Source: Candidatus Thorarchaeota archaeon (GTDB lineage Archaea > Asgardarchaeota > Thorarchaeia > Thorarchaeales > Thorarchaeaceae). Taken from it: a stretch of DNA of 64,000 nt. The stretch's first letter is position 1; every line of letters starts with the position of its first letter. The position numbers and the translations under genes were made by a program. Under the pieces are notes generated by a model. It was given only the letters and a program-made list of their open reading frames with translations. It had not been told where the DNA came from and made no database searches. Positions 27,352-36,987 of this stretch are shown here, one piece after another. The stretch is taken from NCBI GenBank assembly GCA_016839605.1, contig JAEOTX010000039.1:53541-117540 (forward strand), given 5' to 3'.

Positions 27352-28650
27352 TTGCTCTTGTCAGAAACAAGACGTCTGTTGCTGGAGTTTGAAACGGAAG
27401 AAGTTGGAATCCGTGCTTCAAAGGACAAAAGAGTGAAAAAAGCACTCGTAGGTGCTTTTTCCGATGCCTCAGACGTCGTGAGAGAACGGGCGCTGTTGGC
27501 GGCTATTGATGTTGGCGACCCAACTATTGTCATAGACATAATCAAAGCCATGACGGACGAGGAGGAGAGTGTGAGAATCGCCGCCGCCCAAGCCCTAGCA
27601 TTCTACCACCAGCCAAGAACAATTCCGGACTTGCTGAAGGGACTGCAAGATATCAATACATGGGTTAGATCTCATTGTGCAGCAGGACTCTCGAAACTTC
27701 TGAATGGACCAATATGGGCAAGAATTGAGTCAAGTGATATCGAGGAACTTGTTGCAGGCTTTCCAGAAATGGATGATGGCGCCATTCGATCAAAGCTGAA
27801 GAAGATAAGCGTGGACTCTGACGCAGTTGACAGATACATGAATTGGCGATCAAAGGACTTCGACATAGAGATTGATGTTACTGATTTCGTCAGGGAATTG
27901 GAGGAAACAGCAATAGTAATGGAAGGCGTCGCTGAAGCCTCAGCAATAGCACCACCAGATGAGGCTGCGAGAAAAACTACAGGCCTCTCAGCTGAGGTCG
28001 AAGAGATTCTGAGTGAACTGCCGGAGGACCTCCGTGAAACCCTTCCTGAAGAGGACCTTAGAAGACTTACTCCTGAAACTGCAAGAGAACTCGTCACATC
28101 ATTGACGACCGCTGTGCCTTCGAAGAAGCCCGATGAGAAGCCGAAGAAGAAAGCAGTAAAGGTCAGGAAAGTGAAAAAGGTTCGAAGGAAGAAGAAAGGA
28201 CCAAGCAGACAAGAACTTATCGAGAAGATTCCAGACGAGGTCAGGGAATCAGTTTCCGATGATGTTCTAAAGACACTGACCTATGAAGAGCTTGAAGCTC
28301 TGATAGCATCCACAACTGAGGCCGCAGCTCCTGATGTCGAGGAGCCGCCCAAGAAGCTGACGAAGAAGGAAGAGATAATTGAAACGCTTCCGCCAGAAGT
28401 GCGAGAATCAGTTGGCGATGGAAAATTAAAGAGGATGACTATCAAAGAGATTGAGGAGCTTGCCACTACAGCTAGTATGAGTGATAAGGAACGCCGACTT
28501 CAGGAGTTCACTGAAAAATACGGCGAAGAGAAAGCAAATGTTCTCGCGGGTGTACCTGATGAAATGCTGACAGGCATCCCCGAAGAACAGATCCATGAAA
28601 TGGACCTTGATACCCTAAAGGCGCTTGTACAGGCTCTGGAACACACCTAG
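27352..28650 (+). CDS. HEAT-repeat protein with four C-terminal LP-helical repeats
   Basis: HEAT/PBS repeats (D...VRERA, DEEESVRIAAAQAL, D.NTWVRSHCAAGL); Lys-rich linker; four repeats of about 29 aa. Confidence 0.8.
   Translation: MLLSETRRLLLEFETEEVGIRASKDKRVKKALVGAFSDASDVVRERALLAAIDVGDPTIVIDIIKAMTDEEESVRIAAAQALAFYHQPRTIPDLLKGLQDINTWVRSHCAAGLSKLLNGPIWARIESSDIEELVAGFPEMDDGAIRSKLKKISVDSDAVDRYMNWRSKDFDIEIDVTDFVRELEETAIVMEGVAEASAIAPPDEAARKTTGLSAEVEEILSELPEDLRETLPEEDLRRLTPETARELVTSLTTAVPSKKPDEKPKKKAVKVRKVKKVRRKKKGPSRQELIEKIPDEVRESVSDDVLKTLTYEELEALIASTTEAAAPDVEEPPKKLTKKEEIIETLPPEVRESVGDGKLKRMTIKEIEELATTASMSDKERRLQEFTEKYGEEKANVLAGVPDEMLTGIPEEQIHEMDLDTLKALVQALEHT
28000..28635 (+). repeat. Four protein-level repeats, (I/L)xxLPxExRExxxxxxLxxxTxxxxxxL
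   Basis: ILSELPEDLRETLPEEDLRRLTPETAREL; LIEKIPDEVRESVSDDVLKTLTYEELEAL; IIETLPPEVRESVGDGKLKRMTIKEIEEL; VLAGVPDEMLTGIPEEQIHEMDLDTLKAL. Confidence 0.85.
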
Positions 28651-28657
28651 TCTATAG

Positions 28658-29938
28658 CTACTCCGACCCTCGAATGACAATCGCAAACTCACTAGCCAGC
28701 TTGCCATACCATTCCAAAAGATCTCTCATATTGTCTACATGACGATAGGTTCCATTTCCGTACTGTGCCATAGCAAGCATTAATTCTTCGTCTATCTCGC
28801 TTCGCTCTCCTAGACCGATAGTGTATATCACTAGACTGGCGGTGTTCTTGAATCGCTCTTTCAAAATCTTGAGTGGAGCAGGTCCGGATGTGGTCATACC
28901 ATCGGTCATCATAATGAGCATCGTCGGCTTAGTCGGGTCTCCAAATGCATCAATGATGTCCGCAGCTCGAATGAGAGCAGTACCCATGTCAGTAAGAGTA
29001 CCTCCTTCTTCGATTTTGTCCACTACATGTGTGCTAATGATTTGAAGACCAAGAGCCTTTTCTCTTCCTGTACACTCAACGAATGGCTGGACTTCACCGG
29101 TTTCCGAACTCAAGAAAGTCATCTCAGTAACTTCCTTCTCGAAAGTCACGACACCAACTTTCTCACCATAACCTCTGCCAACCTTTTCAGCTAGGTAAAG
29201 AAGAACAGCCATGGCTGCAGCCTCACCTCTACTTACGTTTGTCCCTTCCTTGAAACGATCTAGAAATGCTTGGACCTCGGGATTATCTCCGGCAAGGTCT
29301 TTGAGTCCCTCACGTGCATGAGCTATGTCCTGAACGGGGACATCAGTCGTTTTCATAGATCCGCTTGTGTCAATGCATAATACAGCATTAAAAGGAGTGG
29401 CAATGCCTATAGTTTTGAATTGATATCCAGTCCTTTCCTTGAGTGCCTCAAACGCTAGCTTGGCAAACCTCTTTCCTGAGAGAGCAGGACGAGTTGTCAT
29501 AATCTCGACTTTCACATTCAACTCTGGCCAGATGAATGACATGCCCGGATATACGAGACGTCCACCAATGAGCTTCTCCAAAGACTCGACTTGTTCAGCA
29601 GCCCGCGTGACAAGATCTTCGGTACTTGCATCCTCAGTCAGTGGTTTAAGGCCAAATTCCACATACTCGAGCGCAGTCATGTCCTCATCATACAGTGTCA
29701 CTTCTATGCCGGAGTCGCCTTCCATTAGTAGTGAAGCCTCAAGGACCAATGTATCAATCCTAATTCTATCATCTGGAACTCCATCGTTGATTCTTATTTG
29801 AGCCGCACCCCAAAACGAAGAGGCAGGGTCCTCAAACACAACAATCGATCCCAGTTCAGCATTCAGCTTTTTAGCAGTCTTGGGATTGAGTACTGCGTAG
29901 CCTCGGAGGTCTCCGCCATCATCAATCTCCAGTTTCAC
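28658..29938 (-). CDS. Cdc48-N-like domain plus vWA domain protein (intact MIDAS)
   Basis: N-terminus RGYAVLNPKTAKKLNAELGSIV..IRID..EGD matches the Cdc48 double-psi barrel pattern; vWA motifs DTSGS, TDMG and MTDG. Confidence 0.8.
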   Translation of the reverse strand: MKLEIDDGGDLRGYAVLNPKTAKKLNAELGSIVVFEDPASSFWGAAQIRINDGVPDDRIRIDTLVLEASLLMEGDSGIEVTLYDEDMTALEYVEFGLKPLTEDASTEDLVTRAAEQVESLEKLIGGRLVYPGMSFIWPELNVKVEIMTTRPALSGKRFAKLAFEALKERTGYQFKTIGIATPFNAVLCIDTSGSMKTTDVPVQDIAHAREGLKDLAGDNPEVQAFLDRFKEGTNVSRGEAAAMAVLLYLAEKVGRGYGEKVGVVTFEKEVTEMTFLSSETGEVQPFVECTGREKALGLQIISTHVVDKIEEGGTLTDMGTALIRAADIIDAFGDPTKPTMLIMMTDGMTTSGPAPLKILKERFKNTASLVIYTIGLGERSEIDEELMLAMAQYGNGTYRHVDNMRDLLEWYGKLASEFAIVIRGSE

Positions 29939-30023
29939 CGTCTTGGTGATATCATTCTCCTCCTATTGTAAGATGTTTAACTCTTCTTCAGATTCATTAT
30001 AAAGAATTGTGCCGGATGGTTTG

Positions 30024-31532
30024 CTACGCTAGTAGCTTCAATACCTCTCTAGTTAGGTCTAGCGCCGTCTTGCTCTTAATAGGATTTGTATTGATTGCTT
30101 TAGAGAACGTGGAGTTAATCTTTTGAGTCCCAAACTCAAGGCTATCTAGAGCATCTTCACCCTTTGTACCAAGCACTGTACAACTCGTTATGGTCCCAGG
30201 TCCCCTTTTGACCCAAAGGTGTACTTCTGTGACACCTCTCCGAACACCAAGAGAAATAATGTACGAGTCAAAGTAAATGCCGTTGTGTCCACCAGAACTC
30301 ATAGATTCCATTTTTGGCCAAGTATGCTTTGGTGGTATCATATAGTCAACAGAAGTGATATCCCATCCTTCGCCGGCAATCAATTTCATTAAAGTATCCT
30401 CAAGCGTAGCAATAGCGTCGCTCTCGCAACCTATACATACTACTGCTTGTGGAGCACGCTCTGTAGCCCTTTTTGTCCCAAAAGGACGATTCACCAGGGA
30501 TAGCGCATTTCCACCGAGTATTCTTTGAGCATCCTCTAGTCCTCCAGGAAAATCGCGTGATAGAAGATGGAGAATTAGTTCTGCAGCTTGCACTGAAAGA
30601 AAGGTGTAGTCAGATCCGAAGAGCAGGTTTTCTGACCAACTCCCCAGAGTTGTCTTCAACCGATCGCTCGACATCTTCAAGAGAACCGGCACATCCTTGT
30701 CATGGAGAGTAGAGGTTTCTCCGTAGATAGCAGGGTCTCTCAAGATGTCATAGAGCTTTGTACTTCCTGGACTCATGGCGCAGTGTGCAAGGATCACACT
30801 CAATCCCCGCATGGCATTCTCGTATTTTTCATCTTGCCTCATAGAGACCACGAGGTCTCTGATCCTCTCAGCTGTCCGAATGTTCCTAGTATCCAATATC
30901 ACTGGAATGCCTAGTTCTCCTGCTCTAGCAACGACATCCTTCACATAATCGGCCTCGATATCCTCCAAAAACAGTTGGGCAAGAGGGTGGAGCTTCAGCC
31001 CTCTAAGTCCTAGCTCTCCTATTGCTCGATCTAGTTCCCGAATTGGCCGGTTCGGCGATCCCTCGAGGGCATCCTTTGGATCTACCCTCGCGAAACCAAT
31101 AAGTCTAGAGGAATGCGGCGCGCGAGATGTCCATGCCGCTATCTTGTCATTTGAAACGTAGAACGAAGGTTCATCAGGAGACCTACTCTTCGAGTAGTCA
31201 TCAGTATAAGGAAACACGATCGTTCGGTCCACAAGCCATCCGTGATTCATTCGCGACCACTTATCTTTGGTCGTGAATATTCTCTCAGGCAATTCGGGCG
31301 CAACAATCCTGATAGGCTCATAGAGCAGGCTGTCTTCATTCATCATTTTTTCAGTCATTCGCTGCATCTCAAACCACAGCAGCGCGTAGAATTCGTAGGC
31401 TCCAGAAGGGGTGTTCCGATGGCTCTTCTCTTTGCCCATGTGGTGATGAGCATCAACAATGTAAAGCCTGAACTCCTCTCCCTTAGCAATTCCTTTCTCC
31501 GGAATGTCTTGAAGTGCACGAACAACCAACAT
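30024..31532 (-). CDS. Amidohydrolase-superfamily (Amidohydro_2-like) metalloenzyme with C-terminal extension
   Basis: VDAHHH, GLKLHP, ILAH and LFGSDY motifs; RILGGNA. Confidence 0.85.
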   Translation of the reverse strand: MLVVRALQDIPEKGIAKGEEFRLYIVDAHHHMGKEKSHRNTPSGAYEFYALLWFEMQRMTEKMMNEDSLLYEPIRIVAPELPERIFTTKDKWSRMNHGWLVDRTIVFPYTDDYSKSRSPDEPSFYVSNDKIAAWTSRAPHSSRLIGFARVDPKDALEGSPNRPIRELDRAIGELGLRGLKLHPLAQLFLEDIEADYVKDVVARAGELGIPVILDTRNIRTAERIRDLVVSMRQDEKYENAMRGLSVILAHCAMSPGSTKLYDILRDPAIYGETSTLHDKDVPVLLKMSSDRLKTTLGSWSENLLFGSDYTFLSVQAAELILHLLSRDFPGGLEDAQRILGGNALSLVNRPFGTKRATERAPQAVVCIGCESDAIATLEDTLMKLIAGEGWDITSVDYMIPPKHTWPKMESMSSGGHNGIYFDSYIISLGVRRGVTEVHLWVKRGPGTITSCTVLGTKGEDALDSLEFGTQKINSTFSKAINTNPIKSKTALDLTREVLKLLA

Positions 31533-31596
31533 CTAAATGCGGCCTCGGATAATGGAGCCTACTGCCTTGTGAGAGATAAAGTATTCCTTCATAGAC

Positions 31597-31615
31597 AGAG
31601 GCAACAAGTGCCTCT
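31597..31615. promoter_or_regulatory. Inverted repeat in divergent promoter region
   Basis: agaggca-N5-tgcctct between the two divergent amidohydrolase-fold genes. Confidence 0.35.
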
Positions 31616-31676
31616 ACGTCAGGCATATATCCTAACATGAGATGAAGGAGAATAGAGTCGCTGGGAGCATGAATCA

Positions 31677-34337
31677 ATGCTAGTTGTCGAAGACACTGCA
31701 GAGGGCGAAGTGAAGCGCTTTCTATTGGTAGATGCGCTCATACAGCTAGGTGAGGTTCAAGCAGGTTCACAAAGCAGAGTCTTTGATCCAAACAGGGTTC
31801 TCTCGTTCTATAACATGGTTGAGAATCAGCTACACGACTACTCAAGCAAATATCCTGAAGCTTTCAAATATATCCCAAGAAGAGCCTATGTATACCTCAA
31901 GAGACCTCCTATTCTTAGTGAGCTATATCATGATGTCTCTTCTTCAGACACAGGCTGGTTTGTAGATCTTTTTGCAGTTAGGCCACTCTTAGGTGTGGGA
32001 GAAACGAAACTGCCTCTCGACCAGCGTAAGAACAACATCATTCGCACAGAGAACTGGAGTGTCACACCACCCTTCAGCTCAAGGCTATATCGACTTCAGG
32101 ATATGAGATATGGGAGTCGAGCTCGGAAAGGGTGGGGCGCTGTAATGAGTGCATTGGATCTTAAAGAGACTTTGAGAAACGATAATCGACCAGATCTCTT
32201 GAGGTATTTTAAATCTCAATTGCCGCTGCTAATCGAGATGGAGCAGAAAGAAGATCTTGACTTATTGATGGAATGGCTGGTTTTTCTAAAAGATGCGGGA
32301 CTTGAGGCGCCTCCCACACTTTTCTCTGTCCGGAATCATAAGTCTTGGAACTCGGAGATTATGCGGCTTCTACAAATTCCCAACTCCAGATTGCTACTTG
32401 CTGGTGCTACAATCACATCATTATCAGCATTAGTGAAGCACTTTCGAAACTCATCGGGCGGTCCTGAGTGGTCCAAGAAGTTTGTCTTTGGAAGTGCATA
32501 TCCTGAAACCCAAAAAGGAGATAGCATATCGGAGATTCTCAGCTATCTTTTGAGTAATAACCTTGGAGCAACTCCTGAAGAAGTGCAAAGGATTCTTGGA
32601 GGTAATCTTCTCAACATGTTTCCTCCTAGACCGCCATACTACGAGTATGTGGACAACACCTCCAGCGTAATTGCAGAAGGACTGATTGGAAAGGCAGCAC
32701 TAAGTGAGCTGTCAAGAATCTTCAGAATCCTGGCAGCACGAAAACTCCAGATAATTGAGTCCTTTGATTATATGATAACCAACGAAGGTGGTGAAGTTCA
32801 CCTTAATGATTCGATTTTGACTGTCCGAAATCCAATATCAACGACTGCTAACACTATCGTGCTGCTAAACGATCCGGATGAATCACTTGTTGTTACCGGT
32901 TGGAGAAAATCTCTCACTAAGAAATCAATGGGGAGAAGAGCAGATCCGCTCACATCTCTAGCTCAAGCCGCCGCTAGATCAGATGGCTCGATACTGGACT
33001 CGCCATCAGACATAAACCGATTCAACTACGCCCTCTTAGACTGTCTCAAAGTAAAGAACATCCAGGAGATTCTTTCAGCTCTTCATTTCAAGCTTAATAT
33101 GTCGGGCACAAAGAACGGAGTCCTGTTGATGTCAGAAGATGACATGAAAGCTGTGGGTGTAGCAAATGGCGATTTAGTATTGGGTATGGATGCTAAGGAG
33201 GGGCAATGGTGGGCAGGGCATTCAGAACTAGATGCCGATTGCCCTCAACGAACAGTCTGCGTTTCACAGGATGATGCCCACTTTCTTGGACTCTCTGAAG
33301 AATCAGTAGTGGACATTGTCAAGAGTGAAGGCAAAATCAAGAATTTGGATAGAGCGGTCTTTGCACTGGAATCAACAGGGGGATTCTCAAGGGCGGAACT
33401 TCTATCATATGCATACCTGCATGCGGACAGACTGCAAGAAACTCTAGATGGTCAAATCCTAGGCAAGGGAACCTCTATCTGGATCAATGGCCGGGATGCA
33501 GGCGCTTGCATGACACTCACACATTCAGTCCCATCCCTAGAATCGGGTGAACTAGCGAGGCTCCCAGGCGACTCATTGGAGTTCAGACCCTCTCAGATGT
33601 TCAGACCATTTAACATGATTTTAGCCATATCAACAGATAGTGGGATGCGTGTGCAAGACATTGAACTCAAGACTATCCAGTCTTTGAAGCGCAGGCTAAG
33701 TACACTTGTTTCAGTAGTTCCGGAGATTGATGAGCTGCTATCTGGTCTGGGAACTTCGATAACTAGAATGGATATGGCAACGCTTGCCGCTTTGCTATTG
33801 ATTCAGAGTCTGTCTGGAAATCGGTCTGAGGGATCACTAGGCATTGTCACAGTTTCCGAGTCGCCCACTAAGTTTTCAATTCAAAAAGGAGAGATTATTC
33901 AGACTAGCATGCGGTTCTCTAATGACTTTGCGTCTGAAGATGTGCTAGTGTCAATCCTCTATTCATTGTTGGATAGCTCTCGTGATTTTGGAGGTTCAGC
34001 TAGACTATCTGGGGCATTCAGGGTCATAGCTGAATTCCTAGAAGACTTTGGATCCGAAATGCCAACTCTAGTTGTGTTGATGGCCAATCTAGGCAACGAA
34101 ACCTTTGAAGATGTGAAACCTTTCCTCCAAGCAATAGGGCCCAGAGATAGATACCAAATAGAAATCCTCAACCTTGGACAAGAAGCTCATAAGCTTGGTC
34201 CTGAATTTAAAGACATCAATGTCAAAGTTCACCAAATGACTAGTTTTGCGGCCGATGTTTTTGAGGGATACTTGGCTAATGTCATTGAAAATCTAGTACC
34301 CGGAAATCTTGACCGTTCTACTTCTGACGAATTCTGA
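31677..34337 (+). CDS. Fusion of inactive amidohydrolase, Cdc48-N-like and degenerate vWA domains
   Basis: Colinear similarity to ORF 30024-31532 (metal ligands lost: VDALIQ, FGSAYP) and then to ORF 28658-29938 (MIDAS lost: ISTDSGM). Confidence 0.75.
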   Translation: MLVVEDTAEGEVKRFLLVDALIQLGEVQAGSQSRVFDPNRVLSFYNMVENQLHDYSSKYPEAFKYIPRRAYVYLKRPPILSELYHDVSSSDTGWFVDLFAVRPLLGVGETKLPLDQRKNNIIRTENWSVTPPFSSRLYRLQDMRYGSRARKGWGAVMSALDLKETLRNDNRPDLLRYFKSQLPLLIEMEQKEDLDLLMEWLVFLKDAGLEAPPTLFSVRNHKSWNSEIMRLLQIPNSRLLLAGATITSLSALVKHFRNSSGGPEWSKKFVFGSAYPETQKGDSISEILSYLLSNNLGATPEEVQRILGGNLLNMFPPRPPYYEYVDNTSSVIAEGLIGKAALSELSRIFRILAARKLQIIESFDYMITNEGGEVHLNDSILTVRNPISTTANTIVLLNDPDESLVVTGWRKSLTKKSMGRRADPLTSLAQAAARSDGSILDSPSDINRFNYALLDCLKVKNIQEILSALHFKLNMSGTKNGVLLMSEDDMKAVGVANGDLVLGMDAKEGQWWAGHSELDADCPQRTVCVSQDDAHFLGLSEESVVDIVKSEGKIKNLDRAVFALESTGGFSRAELLSYAYLHADRLQETLDGQILGKGTSIWINGRDAGACMTLTHSVPSLESGELARLPGDSLEFRPSQMFRPFNMILAISTDSGMRVQDIELKTIQSLKRRLSTLVSVVPEIDELLSGLGTSITRMDMATLAALLLIQSLSGNRSEGSLGIVTVSESPTKFSIQKGEIIQTSMRFSNDFASEDVLVSILYSLLDSSRDFGGSARLSGAFRVIAEFLEDFGSEMPTLVVLMANLGNETFEDVKPFLQAIGPRDRYQIEILNLGQEAHKLGPEFKDINVKVHQMTSFAADVFEGYLANVIENLVPGNLDRSTSDEF

Positions 34338-34608
34338 TAGACTCTATTGTGGAGATTCGTGTTTCTAAGACATCAACCTCCACTTCAGCTGCGTCTATCA
34401 CATGGCCGATTTCTTCTATCGCATTAAAGAGATCACGAATACTTGAGCCGTCTATCCGTTCTGCCTCAGCAGCTGCAATAGACAGAGCCTCTTTAACTCC
34501 CCGTAGCCGTGTATCAATCTCCTCGATGATACACAGTGCTTCCTCCAATCTACCTATTGCAGGGGGAGTTTTTAGACCCTCTGACATTAACCCCACATCC
34601 AAATTCAT
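34318..34608 (-). CDS. Small coiled-coil protein
   Basis: Heptad pattern throughout; start overlaps the upstream stop (ATGA). Confidence 0.65.
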   Translation of the reverse strand: MNLDVGLMSEGLKTPPAIGRLEEALCIIEEIDTRLRGVKEALSIAAAEAERIDGSSIRDLFNAIEEIGHVIDAAEVEVDVLETRISTIESIRIRQK

Positions 34609-35849
34609 TCAAGTAGCTGAGTAGCACGTTCCTCAATCTTTCCGAGTCGCGAAGATAGTTCTTCAAGTCTGTCAAGCATATGACCAAGCTTGTTGCGCAG
34701 CATCCCAACAGCTGCGCCCTCATCTCCACCAAAATCACCTGTCATCATTTCTGACTTCTGCTGTTCTGCTAGAATTTGAGCTTGGTTCTCAACCAACTCA
34801 AGTCTCTCGATAATATCCTCAACTGGAAATTTCTCCATACGAATTCTAAGATCATCAACCAATTTAGTAAGAGCCTCGGCCGCTATTCGCTCTTCCTCGC
34901 TCACAATCGGTCTGACTGGTTCTGTGAGAGAGAAGGATTGCTTCACTCCCTCCATTATGCCTCCACGGGGTTTGCTCACAATTACCTCGCGCGTTCTTGC
35001 TGGAGGGTGAATTCTATCACCTCTCTCGAACCAAGCTGGCACTATGAACTTCCGAGTGATATCTTCTAGGTCTGTGTCCAAGAGTATCGCGAAAGTAGCT
35101 AATTCTCGCGAATTATCCCATATTGCTAGTTCAACCAAATCTTCTTTCCTGAAAATCGCTGTGGCTACTCCTAGATTCAAATCCTCGAACACAGGTAGGT
35201 CAATCAACCAACGACTGAATAAAAGAGCAAAAGCTGGAATCTGCCTTAGCTTGCCACAGCGAAGGGCAATTTGGTATTCATCTTCCGGCTGCTGAACAGC
35301 CTGCTTTATCCATATCGATGTGTTGAATTTTCTACCTGGAATGCTCAGACTGAGAACCTCCGCGGCCTCCCATTCAATGGCATCAATTCTCAGTTGCTCA
35401 ATGTAATCCAGATTGGGCTCCTCGAATTCGGGAGAGAGTTTCTCTCCAAGGAGATACTTCAGCACAAGACGAATGATATCCTGTGGAGTGTAGTCACGCA
35501 GCCAAATCGTTGTTGCAAGCTTAGCTCGGCCCGGAGCACGTGCATCATCTGAGAGTACAACAACTAGCTTCGATGATTCCAAGCCCGGCTCTCCAAGAAT
35601 GAAAATGCCTGTTCTCCCAGGAGCATCCATGGCACGGTCAGCCATCAAATGTACAGCTTCATGGGTGGGTTCAATGTAATTCTCCTGATTGAATTTCGAA
35701 CTTGATGACTCTTGGAGCCCCTTAACCAATAGCCCCTCCTCAACCCAGCCTGATTTCAGGCCCTTCTCTGGCAGCTGAGAAATTAGATATCCTAGGACCT
35801 CGCTGCTGCTATACATTGCCTGAAGTCTGGTTATTGCTTCTTCGTTCAC
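34605..35849 (-). CDS. Hypothetical protein with C-terminal coiled coil
   Basis: 414-aa ORF with 4-nt overlaps on both sides; alpha/beta N-terminal part and heptad-rich C-terminus. Confidence 0.75.
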   Translation of the reverse strand: MNEEAITRLQAMYSSSEVLGYLISQLPEKGLKSGWVEEGLLVKGLQESSSSKFNQENYIEPTHEAVHLMADRAMDAPGRTGIFILGEPGLESSKLVVVLSDDARAPGRAKLATTIWLRDYTPQDIIRLVLKYLLGEKLSPEFEEPNLDYIEQLRIDAIEWEAAEVLSLSIPGRKFNTSIWIKQAVQQPEDEYQIALRCGKLRQIPAFALLFSRWLIDLPVFEDLNLGVATAIFRKEDLVELAIWDNSRELATFAILLDTDLEDITRKFIVPAWFERGDRIHPPARTREVIVSKPRGGIMEGVKQSFSLTEPVRPIVSEEERIAAEALTKLVDDLRIRMEKFPVEDIIERLELVENQAQILAEQQKSEMMTGDFGGDEGAAVGMLRNKLGHMLDRLEELSSRLGKIEERATQLLE

Positions 35850-36973
35850 TTGCCAACAGCCTCGCTACGAATCCTTTCGAAAATACGCTCAATCACTAGT
35901 TTAACATCTTTGTATTGGCCTATATGAATCAGACTCCCAGACCCTGCATCGGCTGTTGCCTGCATCAAAACCAAATCTGATTCGGTCCCCAATGCCACGC
36001 ATGAAACTGAAACTCCATCAGTTGCACCAATTGTCCGTGCCACACTCACTGGATTGCGACCTGATGTAAAAGCCCCTCCAGATATGAGCAAAACAACAGT
36101 GGGAAGATGATTCTGCGATCTTAATTCGTTTGCAATTTGAAGAGACATCTCCAAGGCTTTTCCGGGATTTGATGGTTCATCTTTTCGGTCATCATTTTGT
36201 GCGGAGAGCCATTCATGGATCTGGTTAAATGATTTTGAATTAAGCTCCAGTGCCATGTCCTCAACACTCTCTATTTGCTGGGGAGACTCACCAAAAGCGA
36301 TGGCTGAAACCAAGGCGTTTGGACACGCACGAGCTGAGGATAATGTGGATTGAATTACGCTTAAGCCAGCTTCTAATCGAGTCTTTCTATGAGATTCATC
36401 ATCCACTTCAACATCATCAATCTCAGATGACGCTCCGACATCGATTGCATAGCATATATTGAAGCAACTGGGCACATCTGCAAGAGCGGTGAGATTGACC
36501 TTCAGCAGCTGGTTCCATATGATTCTCGAAGCCTGCAATCCCTTAGCGACAGGGTTTGATTTGTCAACTACCAGTCTTAGGCCAAGGCCAGCAATATCAA
36601 TCCGTTGCCCAAGTTTAACAATCAGACCGTCAAGATGTTCCTTGAGATCTTCAACTTTCTTAGACACTTCATCTACAACTTTCTTGTTATCCAATCCTTT
36701 CAATGAATCCACAAGAAGAGCAAGTTCATTGCAATCGGGAATCTCCTCTGGAACTGCAGCCAAAGAAATCTCACAGTGTTCTTCGCATGCTAATTCATCG
36801 AATATTCGAGAATCGATTATTAAGGAGCCAGAATCTACTTGTTCTGATGTACGAATATCCGTATAGACTTCTACTCCTTGATAACTTAATAGTGCCGTTC
36901 TTACAGCAGTCACAGATGGATGCACAAATGATATGCCTCTCTGGTTTCGTCCTTTGACAGCTTCAAGCTCCAA
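35846..36973 (-). CDS. Cdc48-N-like domain plus degenerate vWA domain protein
   Basis: RGISFVHP..SLIIDS N-domain; FNICYAIDVGAS, SNPGKAL, LLISGG, VALG..L...A..G.G; paralog of 28658-29938. Confidence 0.7.
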   Translation of the reverse strand: MELEAVKGRNQRGISFVHPSVTAVRTALLSYQGVEVYTDIRTSEQVDSGSLIIDSRIFDELACEEHCEISLAAVPEEIPDCNELALLVDSLKGLDNKKVVDEVSKKVEDLKEHLDGLIVKLGQRIDIAGLGLRLVVDKSNPVAKGLQASRIIWNQLLKVNLTALADVPSCFNICYAIDVGASSEIDDVEVDDESHRKTRLEAGLSVIQSTLSSARACPNALVSAIAFGESPQQIESVEDMALELNSKSFNQIHEWLSAQNDDRKDEPSNPGKALEMSLQIANELRSQNHLPTVVLLISGGAFTSGRNPVSVARTIGATDGVSVSCVALGTESDLVLMQATADAGSGSLIHIGQYKDVKLVIERIFERIRSEAVGK

Positions 36974-36987
36974 AGCCTGCCACTCAC

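Noticed and set aside
34349-34624. Alternative plus-strand 91-aa ORF
   Set aside because: Ser-rich shadow; the minus-strand coiled-coil ORF is translationally coupled to its operon.
28658-36973. Fragmented cdc48 pseudogene or MoxR-vWA system
   Set aside because: No Walker A/B motifs in any ORF of the locus; the ORFs are long, intact and continue into vWA domains.
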